Source: an uncultured Gemmatimonadales bacterium
Lineage (GTDB): Bacteria > Gemmatimonadota > Gemmatimonadetes > Longimicrobiales > RSA9
DNA: 64,000 bases
Direction of reading: 5' to 3'
NCBI GenBank assembly: GCA_963708135.1
Contig: OY970192.1
Coordinates: 4,544,001 to 4,608,000 of the forward strand
Below are positions 11,785-21,462 of the stretch, in pieces (position 1 is the stretch's first letter; each line of letters opens with the position of its first letter). Below the pieces are notes generated by a model that saw only the letters and a list, made by a program, of their open reading frames with translations, was not told where the DNA came from and did not search any database. The position numbers were made by a program, and so were the translations under genes.

Positions 11785-12191
11785 TCCGCTGCCTCCCTCT
11801 CATGGAACGATTCCAGCCCGCCGCCGCTTGCTCGCGACCCCGTGCGCGTCTAAGTTGCCCCGGGTCGAGCGGCTAACGGCAAGTCCCGCCTACGCATTCG
11901 GCATACCGGCATCGGCTGGCCCACCTGGCATATCCGCGCGATGGAACGGCGAAGAATCGCCGCCGGGGCGCCGGACGTCGGCGGAACGGCGCGGCAGATG
12001 TCGGTGTGAAAAAGCAGTTCGGCTGGAAGAGGTCGCGGACCGCGACCGGCGCGGCTTGAGACCCTCGCCGCATGGGGATACCGGATGTCGCCCGCGTACC
12101 ATCGAACCTAAACCGCCGTCCAGACGAAAGTCAAGGGAAGTTGGCGGGGGCGCGCCGAGCGTAGTCGCGCACAACGTGGGAGGAGCGTCGG

Positions 12192-12902
12192 ATGAGCGGA
12201 AGAATCGGGTGGGCACTCGGGGCCGCGGCGGCCCTGTCGGCGTGCGCCGTGAACCTGGGCGGGCCGAAGCCGATCGACTACAACGCCCTCGCCATCGACG
12301 TCGGCGCGGGCACGACCGCCGCGCAGGCGGCGGCCAGCGTCAAGCAGGCCGGCGCAAACCTCGTGCTGGTCTCCGCCACGGCGGACAGCGCCTGGTTCGC
12401 CGAGCTCGCCCGCCAGACGGGTCTCGTGCTGAGCGGCCCCGGCCGCGCCGATTCCCTCGGCCTCGCCTTCCTCGCCGCCAAGCCCGTCGGCGACACGACG
12501 GCCACCCTCGCCGTCGCGAACGCCGCGCCGGTTACGCTCCACGACGCGCTCTACCAGCCGCAGAAGGAGCGCTACCTCGACCTCCTCGAGGTGCACATCC
12601 CCGGCGGCAGCGCCCACGACGTGGCGCAGGCGCTGCTCCGCTACGTCGCCTCGGATGTCATGTCCGCCTCGGCCGTCGTGCTCGCCATGACCAGCCCCGA
12701 CCCCGCGCTCGCCGACTCCGTGGCCACTCTCATCCGGCCGGCCTTCCTCGATGCCCGCGACTGCATGAAGAAGCGCGCGTCCACCTCGGCGGTCCGGCTG
12801 ATGTACGGCCCCGAGACGCGAACCCGCTGCACCGACGCCGAGGTGGTCGCGATTCCCTGGACGGGCGCCGCCGTGAGCGCGCAGCTCGTCGTTGCCCGGT
12901 GA
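12192..12902 (+). CDS. Putative lipoprotein, unknown function
   Basis: GGAGGAG RBS; signal peptide with lipobox LSAC. Confidence 0.7.
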   Translation: MSGRIGWALGAAAALSACAVNLGGPKPIDYNALAIDVGAGTTAAQAAASVKQAGANLVLVSATADSAWFAELARQTGLVLSGPGRADSLGLAFLAAKPVGDTTATLAVANAAPVTLHDALYQPQKERYLDLLEVHIPGGSAHDVAQALLRYVASDVMSASAVVLAMTSPDPALADSVATLIRPAFLDARDCMKKRASTSAVRLMYGPETRTRCTDAEVVAIPWTGAAVSAQLVVAR

Positions 12903-12909
12903 GCCGCCC

Positions 12910-14670
12910 GTGAGCGAACACTTCCGTTTCCCGCGCGCGCCCAATCACGCCGACCGGATCCAGTGGCGGCCCTGGGGGCAGGACGCCTTTGACGAGGCGG
13001 CGCGGGAGGATCGGCCGCTGCTCCTCAACCTGACGGCCGTCTGGTGCCAGTTCTGTCGCGAGATGGACGAGACGACGTTCTCGGATCCCGATGTCATCCA
13101 GATCCTGAACGATCGCCTCGTGCCCGTGCGCGTCGACGCCGACCGCCATCCCGAGGTGCAGGACCGCTACATCGCCGGCGGCTGGCCGACCAACGCGTTT
13201 CTCACGCCCACCGGCGAGGTGCTCTGGGTGGGGACCTTCCTGCCGGTGGGCGAGCTGCTCGGTGTGGCGCGCAGCGTACTCGGCGCGTGGGGCTCAAAGC
13301 GCGATGAGCTCGAGCTCGAGGTCGGGCGCCGCCGCCGCGCGCTCGAGGCCGCGCGCTCGCGCCGCCCCGCCATGGGGCTCGTCCGCCGCGACGCCGCCGA
13401 GGACGTGCTGAACGGCGTCCGCGCCTCCTACGACCAGCGCAACGGCGGCTTCGGGCAGGCACCGAAGTTCCCCTATCCCGACGCCATGGAGCTCCTCGTC
13501 GCGCACGCCGCTCGCTCCGGCGACGTGACCTGGCGCGAGATGGCCGTGCGGACGCTGGACGGAATGGTCGCCGGCGAGCTGTGCGACAACGTCGAGGGCG
13601 GCTTCTTCCGCTACGCCCTGGCCGAGGACTGGACCCAGCCGCGTCACGAGAAGCTGCTCGCCACGTGCGCCGGACTCGTCCGCGACTACGCGCTCGGCGC
13701 TCGCCTGGAGGGCCGCGCCGACTGGCGGGAGCTCGCGGAGCGGGGCGTCGCCTGGGTCGATGCCACCCTGCGCCGCGACGATGGATTCTGGGGCGGCAGC
13801 CAGGCCGCCGACGAGACCTACTTCTCCGCCGGCGCGCAGGAGCGCGCCGGAATGCCCGCCCCGCGTATCGACCGCTCGATCTACACCTCCGCCGTCGCCT
13901 CCTGGATCCGCACCCTCGCCGAGGCCGGCGCCGGTCTTGGCCGCGCCGCCTGGGTGGACGCGGCCGCCGCCGCGTTTCCCCGGCTCCTCGAGCGCATGCG
14001 GGCCGGCAATGGGCTCCTCCATCATTACGAGGACGAGGACGAGCCGACTCCGGCGGTCCCCGGGCTCCTCGTGGATGCGCTGGAGGCCGCGCGCGCGGGC
14101 GTCGCCCTGAACCAGGTGACCGGCAACGCGGCCGCCCTCGAGACCGCCGCCGCGCTGGCGCACGCCATCGAGCGACACCTCTGGGCCGACGGCGGCGGGT
14201 TCCTCGACCGCGCGCACGAGGCCGGCGAGAGCGGCGCCCTGCGCTACCGCGACATGCCGTTCGAGGCGAACGCGCAGGCCGCCCGGCTGCTGCTCGACCT
14301 CCATCACGCCACCGGCGAGCGCAGCTGGCGCGCCCTCGCCGAGCGCGTCCTGGCCACGCTCTCGCCGCTCGCCGGCCGCCACGAGGTCGCCGGAGCCGCG
14401 TTCGCGCTCGGCGTCGAGGAGTACTTCCAGCCGCCGCCCGCGTTCGTGCTGATCGGCGAGGGCGAGGCGGCCGCCGCGCTGCGTGCCGCCGCCCTCGCCC
14501 TACCCCTGCCCGCACGACGTCTGTGGACGCTCCCCTCGGGCGGCCGCATCCTGGGCCGCAGCTTCGCGGCCGCGCCGGCCCCGGAGATCCTCCTTTCCGG
14601 ACCGCACGGCTGGTCCGCCCCGGTGCGCGCGCCTGAGGCGCTGGCGGACGCCGTCGCGGGCGTGCTCTAG
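12910..14670 (+). CDS. Thioredoxin-domain DUF255 (YyaL/SPATA20-like) protein
   Basis: WRPWGQDAF, WCQFCREMD, GGWPTNAFLTP, GGFGQAPKFP, GGFFRY. Confidence 0.88.
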   Translation: MSEHFRFPRAPNHADRIQWRPWGQDAFDEAAREDRPLLLNLTAVWCQFCREMDETTFSDPDVIQILNDRLVPVRVDADRHPEVQDRYIAGGWPTNAFLTPTGEVLWVGTFLPVGELLGVARSVLGAWGSKRDELELEVGRRRRALEAARSRRPAMGLVRRDAAEDVLNGVRASYDQRNGGFGQAPKFPYPDAMELLVAHAARSGDVTWREMAVRTLDGMVAGELCDNVEGGFFRYALAEDWTQPRHEKLLATCAGLVRDYALGARLEGRADWRELAERGVAWVDATLRRDDGFWGGSQAADETYFSAGAQERAGMPAPRIDRSIYTSAVASWIRTLAEAGAGLGRAAWVDAAAAAFPRLLERMRAGNGLLHHYEDEDEPTPAVPGLLVDALEAARAGVALNQVTGNAAALETAAALAHAIERHLWADGGGFLDRAHEAGESGALRYRDMPFEANAQAARLLLDLHHATGERSWRALAERVLATLSPLAGRHEVAGAAFALGVEEYFQPPPAFVLIGEGEAAAALRAAALALPLPARRLWTLPSGGRILGRSFAAAPAPEILLSGPHGWSAPVRAPEALADAVAGVL

Positions 14671-14680
14671 GCCTCTCCTC

Positions 14681-15808
14681 GTGGACGCCGAGCGGGGGCC
14701 GCTGCGCGCCGAGCTCACGCGGGCGTTCGCCGACGGTGCGGACACGACCTGGCCGGACGAGCGCTTCGACACCCTCGCCCGCCGCATCTTCCACTATCAG
14801 TTCGAGCGGGTGCCCGCGTACGGCGCCTACTGCCGCCGTCGCGGAGCCACGCCGGACCGCGTCAACCACTGGACCGGCATCCCGGCGGTGCCCACCGCCG
14901 CCTTCAAGGAGGTCGCCCTTGCGGCCGGCGGCGGCGCGGACGCGCAGGCGGTGTTCCGGACCAGCGGCACGACCCGCGGGCGGGAGCGCAGGGGCGTCCA
15001 CCACATCCTCGAGCTCGCCCTCTACCACGGCTCGCTGATCGCCGCCTTCCAGGCCTTCCTGCTCCCCGACGGCGCCCACCTCCCGATCCTCTCGCTGGTG
15101 CCGCGCGCCATCGACGTGCCGGACTCGTCCCTCTCCCACATGGTGGACACCCTCATGGAGCGCCTCGGCAAGGCGGGCGGAGGCCATTACGCTGATCCGG
15201 CGGGCGGGCTGGACGACGTCCGGCTCGATCCCGACCTGGACGCCCACGAGGCGGCCGGGACGCCGGTGCTTCTGCTCGGCACGTCCCTCGCCTTCGCTCA
15301 CTGGCTCGACCGCCTCTCCGCGGCGGGCCGGCGGCACCGCCTGCCCCTCGGGTCGCGCCTCATGGACACCGGCGGGTTCAAGGGCCGGCGCCGGCAGGTC
15401 GATGCCGCGGAGTTGCGCCACGCGTACGGCGATCGGCTCGGCGTCCCCGACGACCACTGCGTGAACGAGTACGGAATGACAGAGATGCTGTCGCAGCTCT
15501 ACGACGCGGCGCTGCGCGACGCCGTGCGCGGCGGCGCGGGGGAGCCCCGCCGCAAGCAGGGTCCGCCGTGGGTCCGCTCGCTCGTGGTCGATCCCGAGAC
15601 GCTGGAGCCTCTGCCGGAAGGCAGCGAGGGGCTGCTCCGCCACGTGGACCTTGCCAACCTCGACGGAGTCGCCGCCATCCAGACCGAGGACTTCGCCCGC
15701 TCGACTGGCGACGGCCTGCTCCTCCTCGGCCGCGCCGCCGGCGCGCCGCCGCGTGGCTGCTCGATCGCCATGGACCTGCTCATCGAGGCGGCGGAACGGG
15801 ACCGGTGA
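14681..15808 (+). CDS. LuxE-like acyl-protein synthetase
   Basis: IPAVPTAAFK, FRTSGTT, MDTGGFKGR, NEYGMTEMLSQLY, DLAN, IQTED, LGRA...RGCS; GTG start inferred. Confidence 0.85.
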   Translation: MDAERGPLRAELTRAFADGADTTWPDERFDTLARRIFHYQFERVPAYGAYCRRRGATPDRVNHWTGIPAVPTAAFKEVALAAGGGADAQAVFRTSGTTRGRERRGVHHILELALYHGSLIAAFQAFLLPDGAHLPILSLVPRAIDVPDSSLSHMVDTLMERLGKAGGGHYADPAGGLDDVRLDPDLDAHEAAGTPVLLLGTSLAFAHWLDRLSAAGRRHRLPLGSRLMDTGGFKGRRRQVDAAELRHAYGDRLGVPDDHCVNEYGMTEMLSQLYDAALRDAVRGGAGEPRRKQGPPWVRSLVVDPETLEPLPEGSEGLLRHVDLANLDGVAAIQTEDFARSTGDGLLLLGRAAGAPPRGCSIAMDLLIEAAERDR

Positions 15809-17211
15809 CCACCCTCGATGCGTTCCACCTGCCCGGCCTCGAGGAAGGCGACGTCGCCCGCTGGGAGTTCCGCGACTTCGACGCGTTCCGCCTCCGCTGG
15901 CCCCGGCTGCACCCCGCCGGCCTCTCCCGACAGGTGGCCCGGCTGCGCGCCGCCCGCGCGGCAGCCCTGCGCGACATGCCGGCCGAACGCGTGCTCGAGC
16001 GTATCGCCGCCGCGGCCGAGCGCCTGTGCGACCCCGCGCTGTCGCTACGCGCCACCGCGGAAGAGGCGCTGCCCGCAATCACCGGCTACTCGCGCCCGAT
16101 GGTGCGGCTCATCCTCGACCGCATGGCTCCGGACTGGACGGCCGCCGCCCTCGATCGCCTGCTCCGAGCCGAGCTCCCCGACCCGCGCGTCCTCGACCGG
16201 TTCCGCCCCCATCCGGATGCCGCGCAGACCTGGGTACGGGCGTTCGGGCCCGCTCTCGCCTTCCACGTCTTCTCGGGAAACGTGCCGGGCGTCGCCGTCA
16301 CGGCCATTCTGCGCGCGCTCCTGGTCAAGGCCGCGGTCCTCGGCAAGACCGCGTCCGGCGAACCGCTCCTGGCCCCGCTCTTCGCCCGCGCCCTCGCCGC
16401 TGTCGATCCGGCGCTCGGCCGGACGGTCGCGCTCACGTACTGGCCGGGCGGAACCGAAGCCCTCGAGGAAGTCGCGTTCCGCGAGGCCGACGCGGTAGTG
16501 GTCTACGGCGGCGAGGAGGTCGAGCGGGAGGCGCGGCGCCGGATGGAGGTCGGCGCCCGGCTGGTCGTCCACGGGCCGCGCTACTCGCTCGGGCTCGTCG
16601 GGCGGGAGGCGCTCTCGGAGGTCGCGGCGCCGGCCGTCGCCCGGGCGGTCGCGCGCGCGGTCGCCATCTTCGACCAGCACGGCTGCGTCTCGCCGCACCT
16701 CGTCTACGCCGAGCGTGGCGCCGCCGTGGCTCCTCGTGCCTTCGCGCGCCTCATCGCCGACGCGCTCCGGACGCTCGAGGAGGAGCTGCCGCGAGGCCCG
16801 ATCACCGGAGCCGAGGCCGCCCTCATCCATCAGGAGAGGGCCGCGGCGGAGTTCCGCGGCCACGCGGGTGGCGCCGGCGAGGTCCTTGCCGGCAGCGGCA
16901 CCTCCTTCACGGTGGCCTACGAGGAATCGCCCCGCTTCGAGCCGTCCTGCCTGAACCGGTTCCTTCGCGTGAAGCCGCTGGACGAGCTCGACGACGCGGC
17001 CGGGCACGTGCGGCCGTTCGGGCGTTACCTGCAGACCGTGGGGCTGGCCGTGGACACGGGGCGAGCGGCCGCGCTGGCGGAAGCGTTCGGCCGCCTGGGC
17101 GCCTCGCGCATCGCGCCCTTCGACGCCGTCCCGTGGCCGCCGCCCTCATGGCATCACGACGGCCGCGGGCCCCTCCGCGAGCTGCTCCGCTGGACGGACA
17201 TGGAGCCGTGA
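15805..17211 (+). CDS. LuxC-like acyl-CoA reductase
   Basis: HVFSGNVP, FDQHGCVSPH catalytic Cys motif, WHHDG at the C-terminus; GTGA overlap with the luxE-like gene. Confidence 0.85.
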   Translation: MTTLDAFHLPGLEEGDVARWEFRDFDAFRLRWPRLHPAGLSRQVARLRAARAAALRDMPAERVLERIAAAAERLCDPALSLRATAEEALPAITGYSRPMVRLILDRMAPDWTAAALDRLLRAELPDPRVLDRFRPHPDAAQTWVRAFGPALAFHVFSGNVPGVAVTAILRALLVKAAVLGKTASGEPLLAPLFARALAAVDPALGRTVALTYWPGGTEALEEVAFREADAVVVYGGEEVEREARRRMEVGARLVVHGPRYSLGLVGREALSEVAAPAVARAVARAVAIFDQHGCVSPHLVYAERGAAVAPRAFARLIADALRTLEEELPRGPITGAEAALIHQERAAAEFRGHAGGAGEVLAGSGTSFTVAYEESPRFEPSCLNRFLRVKPLDELDDAAGHVRPFGRYLQTVGLAVDTGRAAALAEAFGRLGASRIAPFDAVPWPPPSWHHDGRGPLRELLRWTDMEP

Positions 17212-17236
17212 CGCGCGCAACGCCCGCCGCGCCCTC

Positions 17237-17746
17237 TCACGCCCCGCCCGCCACGAGCTCGCGCAGTACGCGCGCATCCCCGTCCGTGTAACCGTAGAGC
17301 ACCACCTCCGCTACCGGCGTCTCCTCCTCGAGATGGCGCCCGATCGCCTCCAGCATCACCGCGGCGGAGCGCCGCAGCGGGAAACCGCCCACGCCGGCGC
17401 CGAGGATCGGCAGTGCCACGCTCCTGGCGCCCAGGTCTGCCGCGATCCGGAGCGCCGCCGCCGTGGCCGACCGGATCCTCTCGGCGCTCGCAGGCTCGTC
17501 CCCCATCGCGGCCGCGTGGATCACCCACCGCGCCGGCAGGGCGCCCCCGCCCGTCGCGACGGCCTCCCCCACCCGGATCGGTCCGTGTTCCCGCACGTAC
17601 GCATCGCACTCCGCCTGGACCGCTGGACCGCCCCGCCGCCGGATCGCCCCGGCCACGCCGGCACCCAGCTGCAGGTGGTTGTTCGCCGCGTTCACGACCG
17701 CGTCGCCGTCGAACGTGCTGACGTCTCCCTGCTCGACCCGGATCAT
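17237..17746 (-). CDS. Macro domain protein (YmdB-like ADP-ribose/O-acetyl-ADP-ribose hydrolase)
   Basis: [34 protein letters not shown]. Confidence 0.9.
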   Translation of the reverse strand: MIRVEQGDVSTFDGDAVVNAANNHLQLGAGVAGAIRRRGGPAVQAECDAYVREHGPIRVGEAVATGGGALPARWVIHAAAMGDEPASAERIRSATAAALRIAADLGARSVALPILGAGVGGFPLRRSAAVMLEAIGRHLEEETPVAEVVLYGYTDGDARVLRELVAGGA

Positions 17747-17852
17747 GCGTCTGCCCCCGTCTCCGCTTTTGATGAAACACGGAAGTTGTCATGACATGCA
17801 CATCGTTACATAGCAACGTGTTGTGCAGATTTCCACAGCGGATTTATTCGTC

Positions 17853-17869
17853 TTGGAATACGCCTTGCA
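17853..17869 (+). promoter_or_regulatory. Putative sigma54 promoter
   Basis: TTGGAATACGCCTTGCA, GG-N10-GC spacing, within an AT-rich intergenic island upstream of ATG 17934. Confidence 0.45.
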
Positions 17870-17933
17870 AACCGGCAGCCGGACGCAAGCGGAGCCGCAG
17901 CCCCGGCGTCGCCCCCTGCGAGCGGGAGAGGAT

Positions 17934-18439
17934 ATGGACCCCGAAGCGCTGTCAGACGAGGTCGGATCGGCCCGCCGCAGGCATGGCTGCGGCGGCCTCC
18001 GCGCCGGTGCCTGGGTGCTGGCCATCGCGACCGCGGCCGCGCTGGTCGCCGCCGATGGGGCCGGAGCCGCTGCGGGCCTCACGGCGCCGCGGGAGGTGGT
18101 GCCGGATGTTACGAGAATCCCTCGCTCGACCCCGGCGCGCGCAGCGGGGCCGGTGCGGTGGGACTCATGCAGGTCATGCCGCTGCACCGCGGCCATTGGC
18201 CGTGCGGCCCCGACCTGACCGACGTGGATGCGAACATCTGCTATGGGGCGCACATCTACGCCAGCGCGCTGCGTCGCTCGGGAGGCAACGTGGAGGGGGC
18301 CCTCCTGCGCTACAACGGCTGCGTGGCGGGCACCAACACGCCGGACTGCGCGCGCTATCCGAGCGAGGTCTTCGCGCGTGCGGGGCGCGCGAGCCTGCAG
18401 GCCTGGAGACGGCAGCCCCGCGCCGGCGTGGGGCGCTGA
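17934..18439 (+). pseudogene. Lytic transglycosylase (SLT) gene, frameshifted/internally deleted
   Basis: N-terminal hydrophobic anchor in one frame; ENPSLDPGARSGAGAVGLMQVMP...YNGC in another frame from ~18110. Confidence 0.7.
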
Positions 18440-18496
18440 GCGGCGGCGCGTACGTGCGTACCCCTCGAGCGGGGTGCGCACGTACCGCCCCGCGCC

Positions 18497-18847
18497 TCAG
18501 ACGACCGTACTCGGAACCGTGGGCCGGATTTCGGCGCCCCGGACCCGCCGCCGCAGCAGCTCCTCGCGCGCGAGCCGCAGCACGTGCGTGTCATCGATCC
18601 GCTCGGCATCCCAGAAGCGCGTGAACGCGTTCCCCCGCCTCCCCTTCCGGTCACAGTCAACCGATCCTGCCGCGCCCCGTCGGTAGCTCAGGACGCAGCC
18701 ATCCCACGTGCCTCGCTTCACGGCACCCCGCTCGAGGTCGAGCGCGAGCTGCACGAGCCCGTCGTAGGAGAACTCCTCGAGCTCCGCCTGCAGCTCCGCA
18801 TCGGCATCCGCCATCCGGGGACTCGAGAGGAAGGAGAATAGCCACAT
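18497..18847 (-). CDS. Hypothetical protein (116 aa)
   Basis: Strong AGGAGG RBS before ATG 18847; protein-like composition. Confidence 0.6.
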   Translation of the reverse strand: MWLFSFLSSPRMADADAELQAELEEFSYDGLVQLALDLERGAVKRGTWDGCVLSYRRGAAGSVDCDRKGRRGNAFTRFWDAERIDDTHVLRLAREELLRRRVRGAEIRPTVPSTVV

Positions 18848-18918
18848 ATGCAACCTCCTGCGTGGGAAACGACAACGGCGGGACGGGCCCGCACCGGGAT
18901 GGACGGAAGCGAGCAAGC

Positions 18919-18961
18919 GAGGGGGTCCCGCGCAGGCGCCGCCTCGCGCGTGGACCCCCTC
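18919..18961. terminator. Stem-loop downstream of the oxidoreductase gene, possible terminator
   Basis: GAGGGGGTCC...GGACCCCCTC inverted repeat; only a weak U-tract. Confidence 0.4.
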
Positions 18962-19020
18962 TCCGTTGCCTGCCCCGGACGGCGTGCGAGCCGCCCGACA
19001 GGCTCAGTCAGCGCCCTGCA

Positions 19021-19938
19021 TTAAAGGTGCCGGGTCTCGGCAATGAGCGACCGGTGCAGCGAGAGCGCCGCCCGCACCCCTTCGGCCGCCGCCTGCACCG
19101 CCAGGTAGGGGGGGCCGGCCAGGTCGCCGGCCGCGTATACGCCAGCCACCGACGTTTCCTGCGAGCGGTCCACGGCCAGGTGGCCGCCCGCATGCGCCCG
19201 GCAGCCGAGCGTCTCACCGAGGGCGCAGCCGGGGCGCGAGCCGAGGTGAAAGAACACGCCTTCGAGCGGAATCCGCGTGCCGCCATCGAGCTCGGCATGG
19301 CGCAGCCGGCCCTCCCTCGAGACGAGCCGGACGACGCGCTCCGTCCGGACCGCCACCCCGTTCGACTCCAGCCGCGCCCTCTCGGCCGGTTCGAGCGCCG
19401 GGGCCGCCCCGTCGGTCAGCAGGGTCAGCCGCTCGGCCCAGGTCAGGAGGAAGAGCGCCAGCGCGGCGGCCTCCCGGTCCGCGCCCAGCACCCCGACCGA
19501 TGCACCCACCATGCTGGGCCCGTCGCAGTCGGGACAGTGGAACACCGAGCTGCCGTACGCCTCCACCAACCCGGCCACCTCGGGTACGATGTCACGCAGC
19601 CCGTACGCCAGCAAGAGGCGTCGGGCCGCCAGCGAATCGCCGCTCTCGAGCTGCAGGGCGAATGCGTCCTTCGCCCCCTGTGCAGCCTCGACCCGGCCCG
19701 GCGACACCTGCGCGCCTGCGCCCTGCGCCTGCTCCCGGAGCCGGCGTCGGAGCTCCGTCGGGCTCAGGTCAGGGAGCCCGGGATACCCGTGGACCGCCCA
19801 GGCCGGATCGTTGCGCGGACCTCCCGCGTCCACGACGCGGACACGCCGGCGATAGCGCGCCAGCCAAAGCGCCGCGGACAGCCCCGCGGGGCCGCCACCG
19901 ACCACGACGACGTCGTAGGGGTCCGGAGCGCGCCTCAT
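19021..19938 (-). CDS. Thioredoxin reductase-like NAD(P)/FAD oxidoreductase
   Basis: GGGPAGLSAA, HCPDCDG redox motif, TSVAGVYAAGD. Confidence 0.88.
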   Translation of the reverse strand: MRRAPDPYDVVVVGGGPAGLSAALWLARYRRRVRVVDAGGPRNDPAWAVHGYPGLPDLSPTELRRRLREQAQGAGAQVSPGRVEAAQGAKDAFALQLESGDSLAARRLLLAYGLRDIVPEVAGLVEAYGSSVFHCPDCDGPSMVGASVGVLGADREAAALALFLLTWAERLTLLTDGAAPALEPAERARLESNGVAVRTERVVRLVSREGRLRHAELDGGTRIPLEGVFFHLGSRPGCALGETLGCRAHAGGHLAVDRSQETSVAGVYAAGDLAGPPYLAVQAAAEGVRAALSLHRSLIAETRHL

Positions 19939-21413
19939 CCGTGCGCCGCGCGGACCGCCCGCTGCAGCGTCGCGTCGCCGCGCTCGATCGGGAGCTGGAT
20001 GTGGAACGTCGAGCCATCGTGTGGGCGGCTCTCCACGTAGATCCGGCCGCCGTGCGCCTCCACGATCTCCTTCGCGATGCTCAGCCCCAGCCCGGCCCCC
20101 TTGGCGCGCGCCTCCGAGCCAACCTGGTAGTAGCGGTCGAAGATATGCGCCTGCTGGTCCTCCGGGATCCCGATCCCCGTATCCGCGACCGAGATGTGGA
20201 GCATGCCATCTTCCGGCGCGGCGGCCAGCCGGATCCGCCCCCCCTCCCCAGTAAACTTGAACGCGTTCGAGAGCAGGTTGCCGAGCAGCTGGTCCCGCAC
20301 CCGCTCCGCGTCGAGCATCATCGTTCGCGGCGTCGCCTCGTCGAGCGCCACCGAGAAGTCGATCCCCTTCTGGCGCGCGAGCGCCGTGAACGCCCGCTCG
20401 ACGGACCCGACCAGCCCGCGCAAGTCCACCGGCTCCAGCTCCATCTGGAGACCGCCCGCCTCCAGTCGGCTCATGTCCAGGAGCTGGTTGACCAGCCGCG
20501 TGAGCACCTGCGTCTGCTCCTGCACCGCCGCGAGCACCTCCTGCTGGCGCTCCGGGACGTCACCGTACACGCCGTCCGAAAGTAGCTCCGCGTAGCCGCC
20601 GATCACGTTGATCGGCGTCTTCAGCTCGTGCGTGGCAATGCTGATGAATTCGGCCTTCAGCCGGTCCAGCTCCGCCAGCCGCTGGGTCATCGCGCGGAAC
20701 GAGCGCGAGAGGTCGCCGATCTCATCGCTGCGCCCGTAGGGCAGGTGAGGCGGCACCACGAGCTCGCCCCCCGCCACCGCCGCCGTGGCCCGCCGCAGCT
20801 GCCGCAGCGGTGTGGTGTAGGCGCCGGTCGTCCAGATCCCCAGGAGCAGCGCGATCACCAGCGCCAGCGCCACCCCGCCCAGCGTCGTGGTCGTCGCCGC
20901 GCCACTGATTCGCTGCGCGGCGATCAGGTCCTGCTGGCTGCGCGCGTCGATGGAGCGCGCCGTCGCATCCAGTGAGCGCTGCAGCGCCGGGATGAGCGGC
21001 TTCACCTGCTCGTAAAGGTTGGTGGCCGCCTGGGCCTGGCCCGACTCGATGTAGCCCTGCACGATCCGCGCGGCCCGCTCGAGCGAGTCGAGCGCGACGC
21101 GCGTCGGCTGCACCGCCTCGGCGTAGCGCTGCGACAGCCGCGCGAGCTGGACGCGTGCGTCGTGCAGCGAGCCCTGCACGCCCGCCCGGAGGTCGGGCCC
21201 GCCGGTCGCGATGTAGCTGCGCTCGTAGCGGTCCAGCTCGGCCAGGCTGGTCTGGAGCCTTCCCAGCGCGAGCAGCGCCGCCGCCTGCCGGACGTGCAGG
21301 TCCTCCGCGATCCCACGCAGCCGTGCCAGCCGCGAGACGCCGTACAGGGCCGGCAGCACGAGGAGCAGCATGATCGCGCAGATGGACAGCGCCAGCCGCG
21401 TGCGAACGGTCAT
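19935..21413 (-). CDS. Membrane sensor histidine kinase (periplasmic helical sensor, HAMP, HisKA, HATPase)
   Basis: Two TM helices, DEIGDLSRSF, THELKTP, NLLSNAFKF, DTGIGI, GAGLGL. Confidence 0.92.
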   Translation of the reverse strand: MTVRTRLALSICAIMLLLVLPALYGVSRLARLRGIAEDLHVRQAAALLALGRLQTSLAELDRYERSYIATGGPDLRAGVQGSLHDARVQLARLSQRYAEAVQPTRVALDSLERAARIVQGYIESGQAQAATNLYEQVKPLIPALQRSLDATARSIDARSQQDLIAAQRISGAATTTTLGGVALALVIALLLGIWTTGAYTTPLRQLRRATAAVAGGELVVPPHLPYGRSDEIGDLSRSFRAMTQRLAELDRLKAEFISIATHELKTPINVIGGYAELLSDGVYGDVPERQQEVLAAVQEQTQVLTRLVNQLLDMSRLEAGGLQMELEPVDLRGLVGSVERAFTALARQKGIDFSVALDEATPRTMMLDAERVRDQLLGNLLSNAFKFTGEGGRIRLAAAPEDGMLHISVADTGIGIPEDQQAHIFDRYYQVGSEARAKGAGLGLSIAKEIVEAHGGRIYVESRPHDGSTFHIQLPIERGDATLQRAVRAAHG

Positions 21414-21462
21414 CTCAACGTGTCTTTCCCGGATGGAGCGCCGGCCGCCGTCGTGACGCCGC

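Noticed and set aside
14681..17211. Bioluminescence operon
   Set aside because: No luxA, luxB or luxD in the window.
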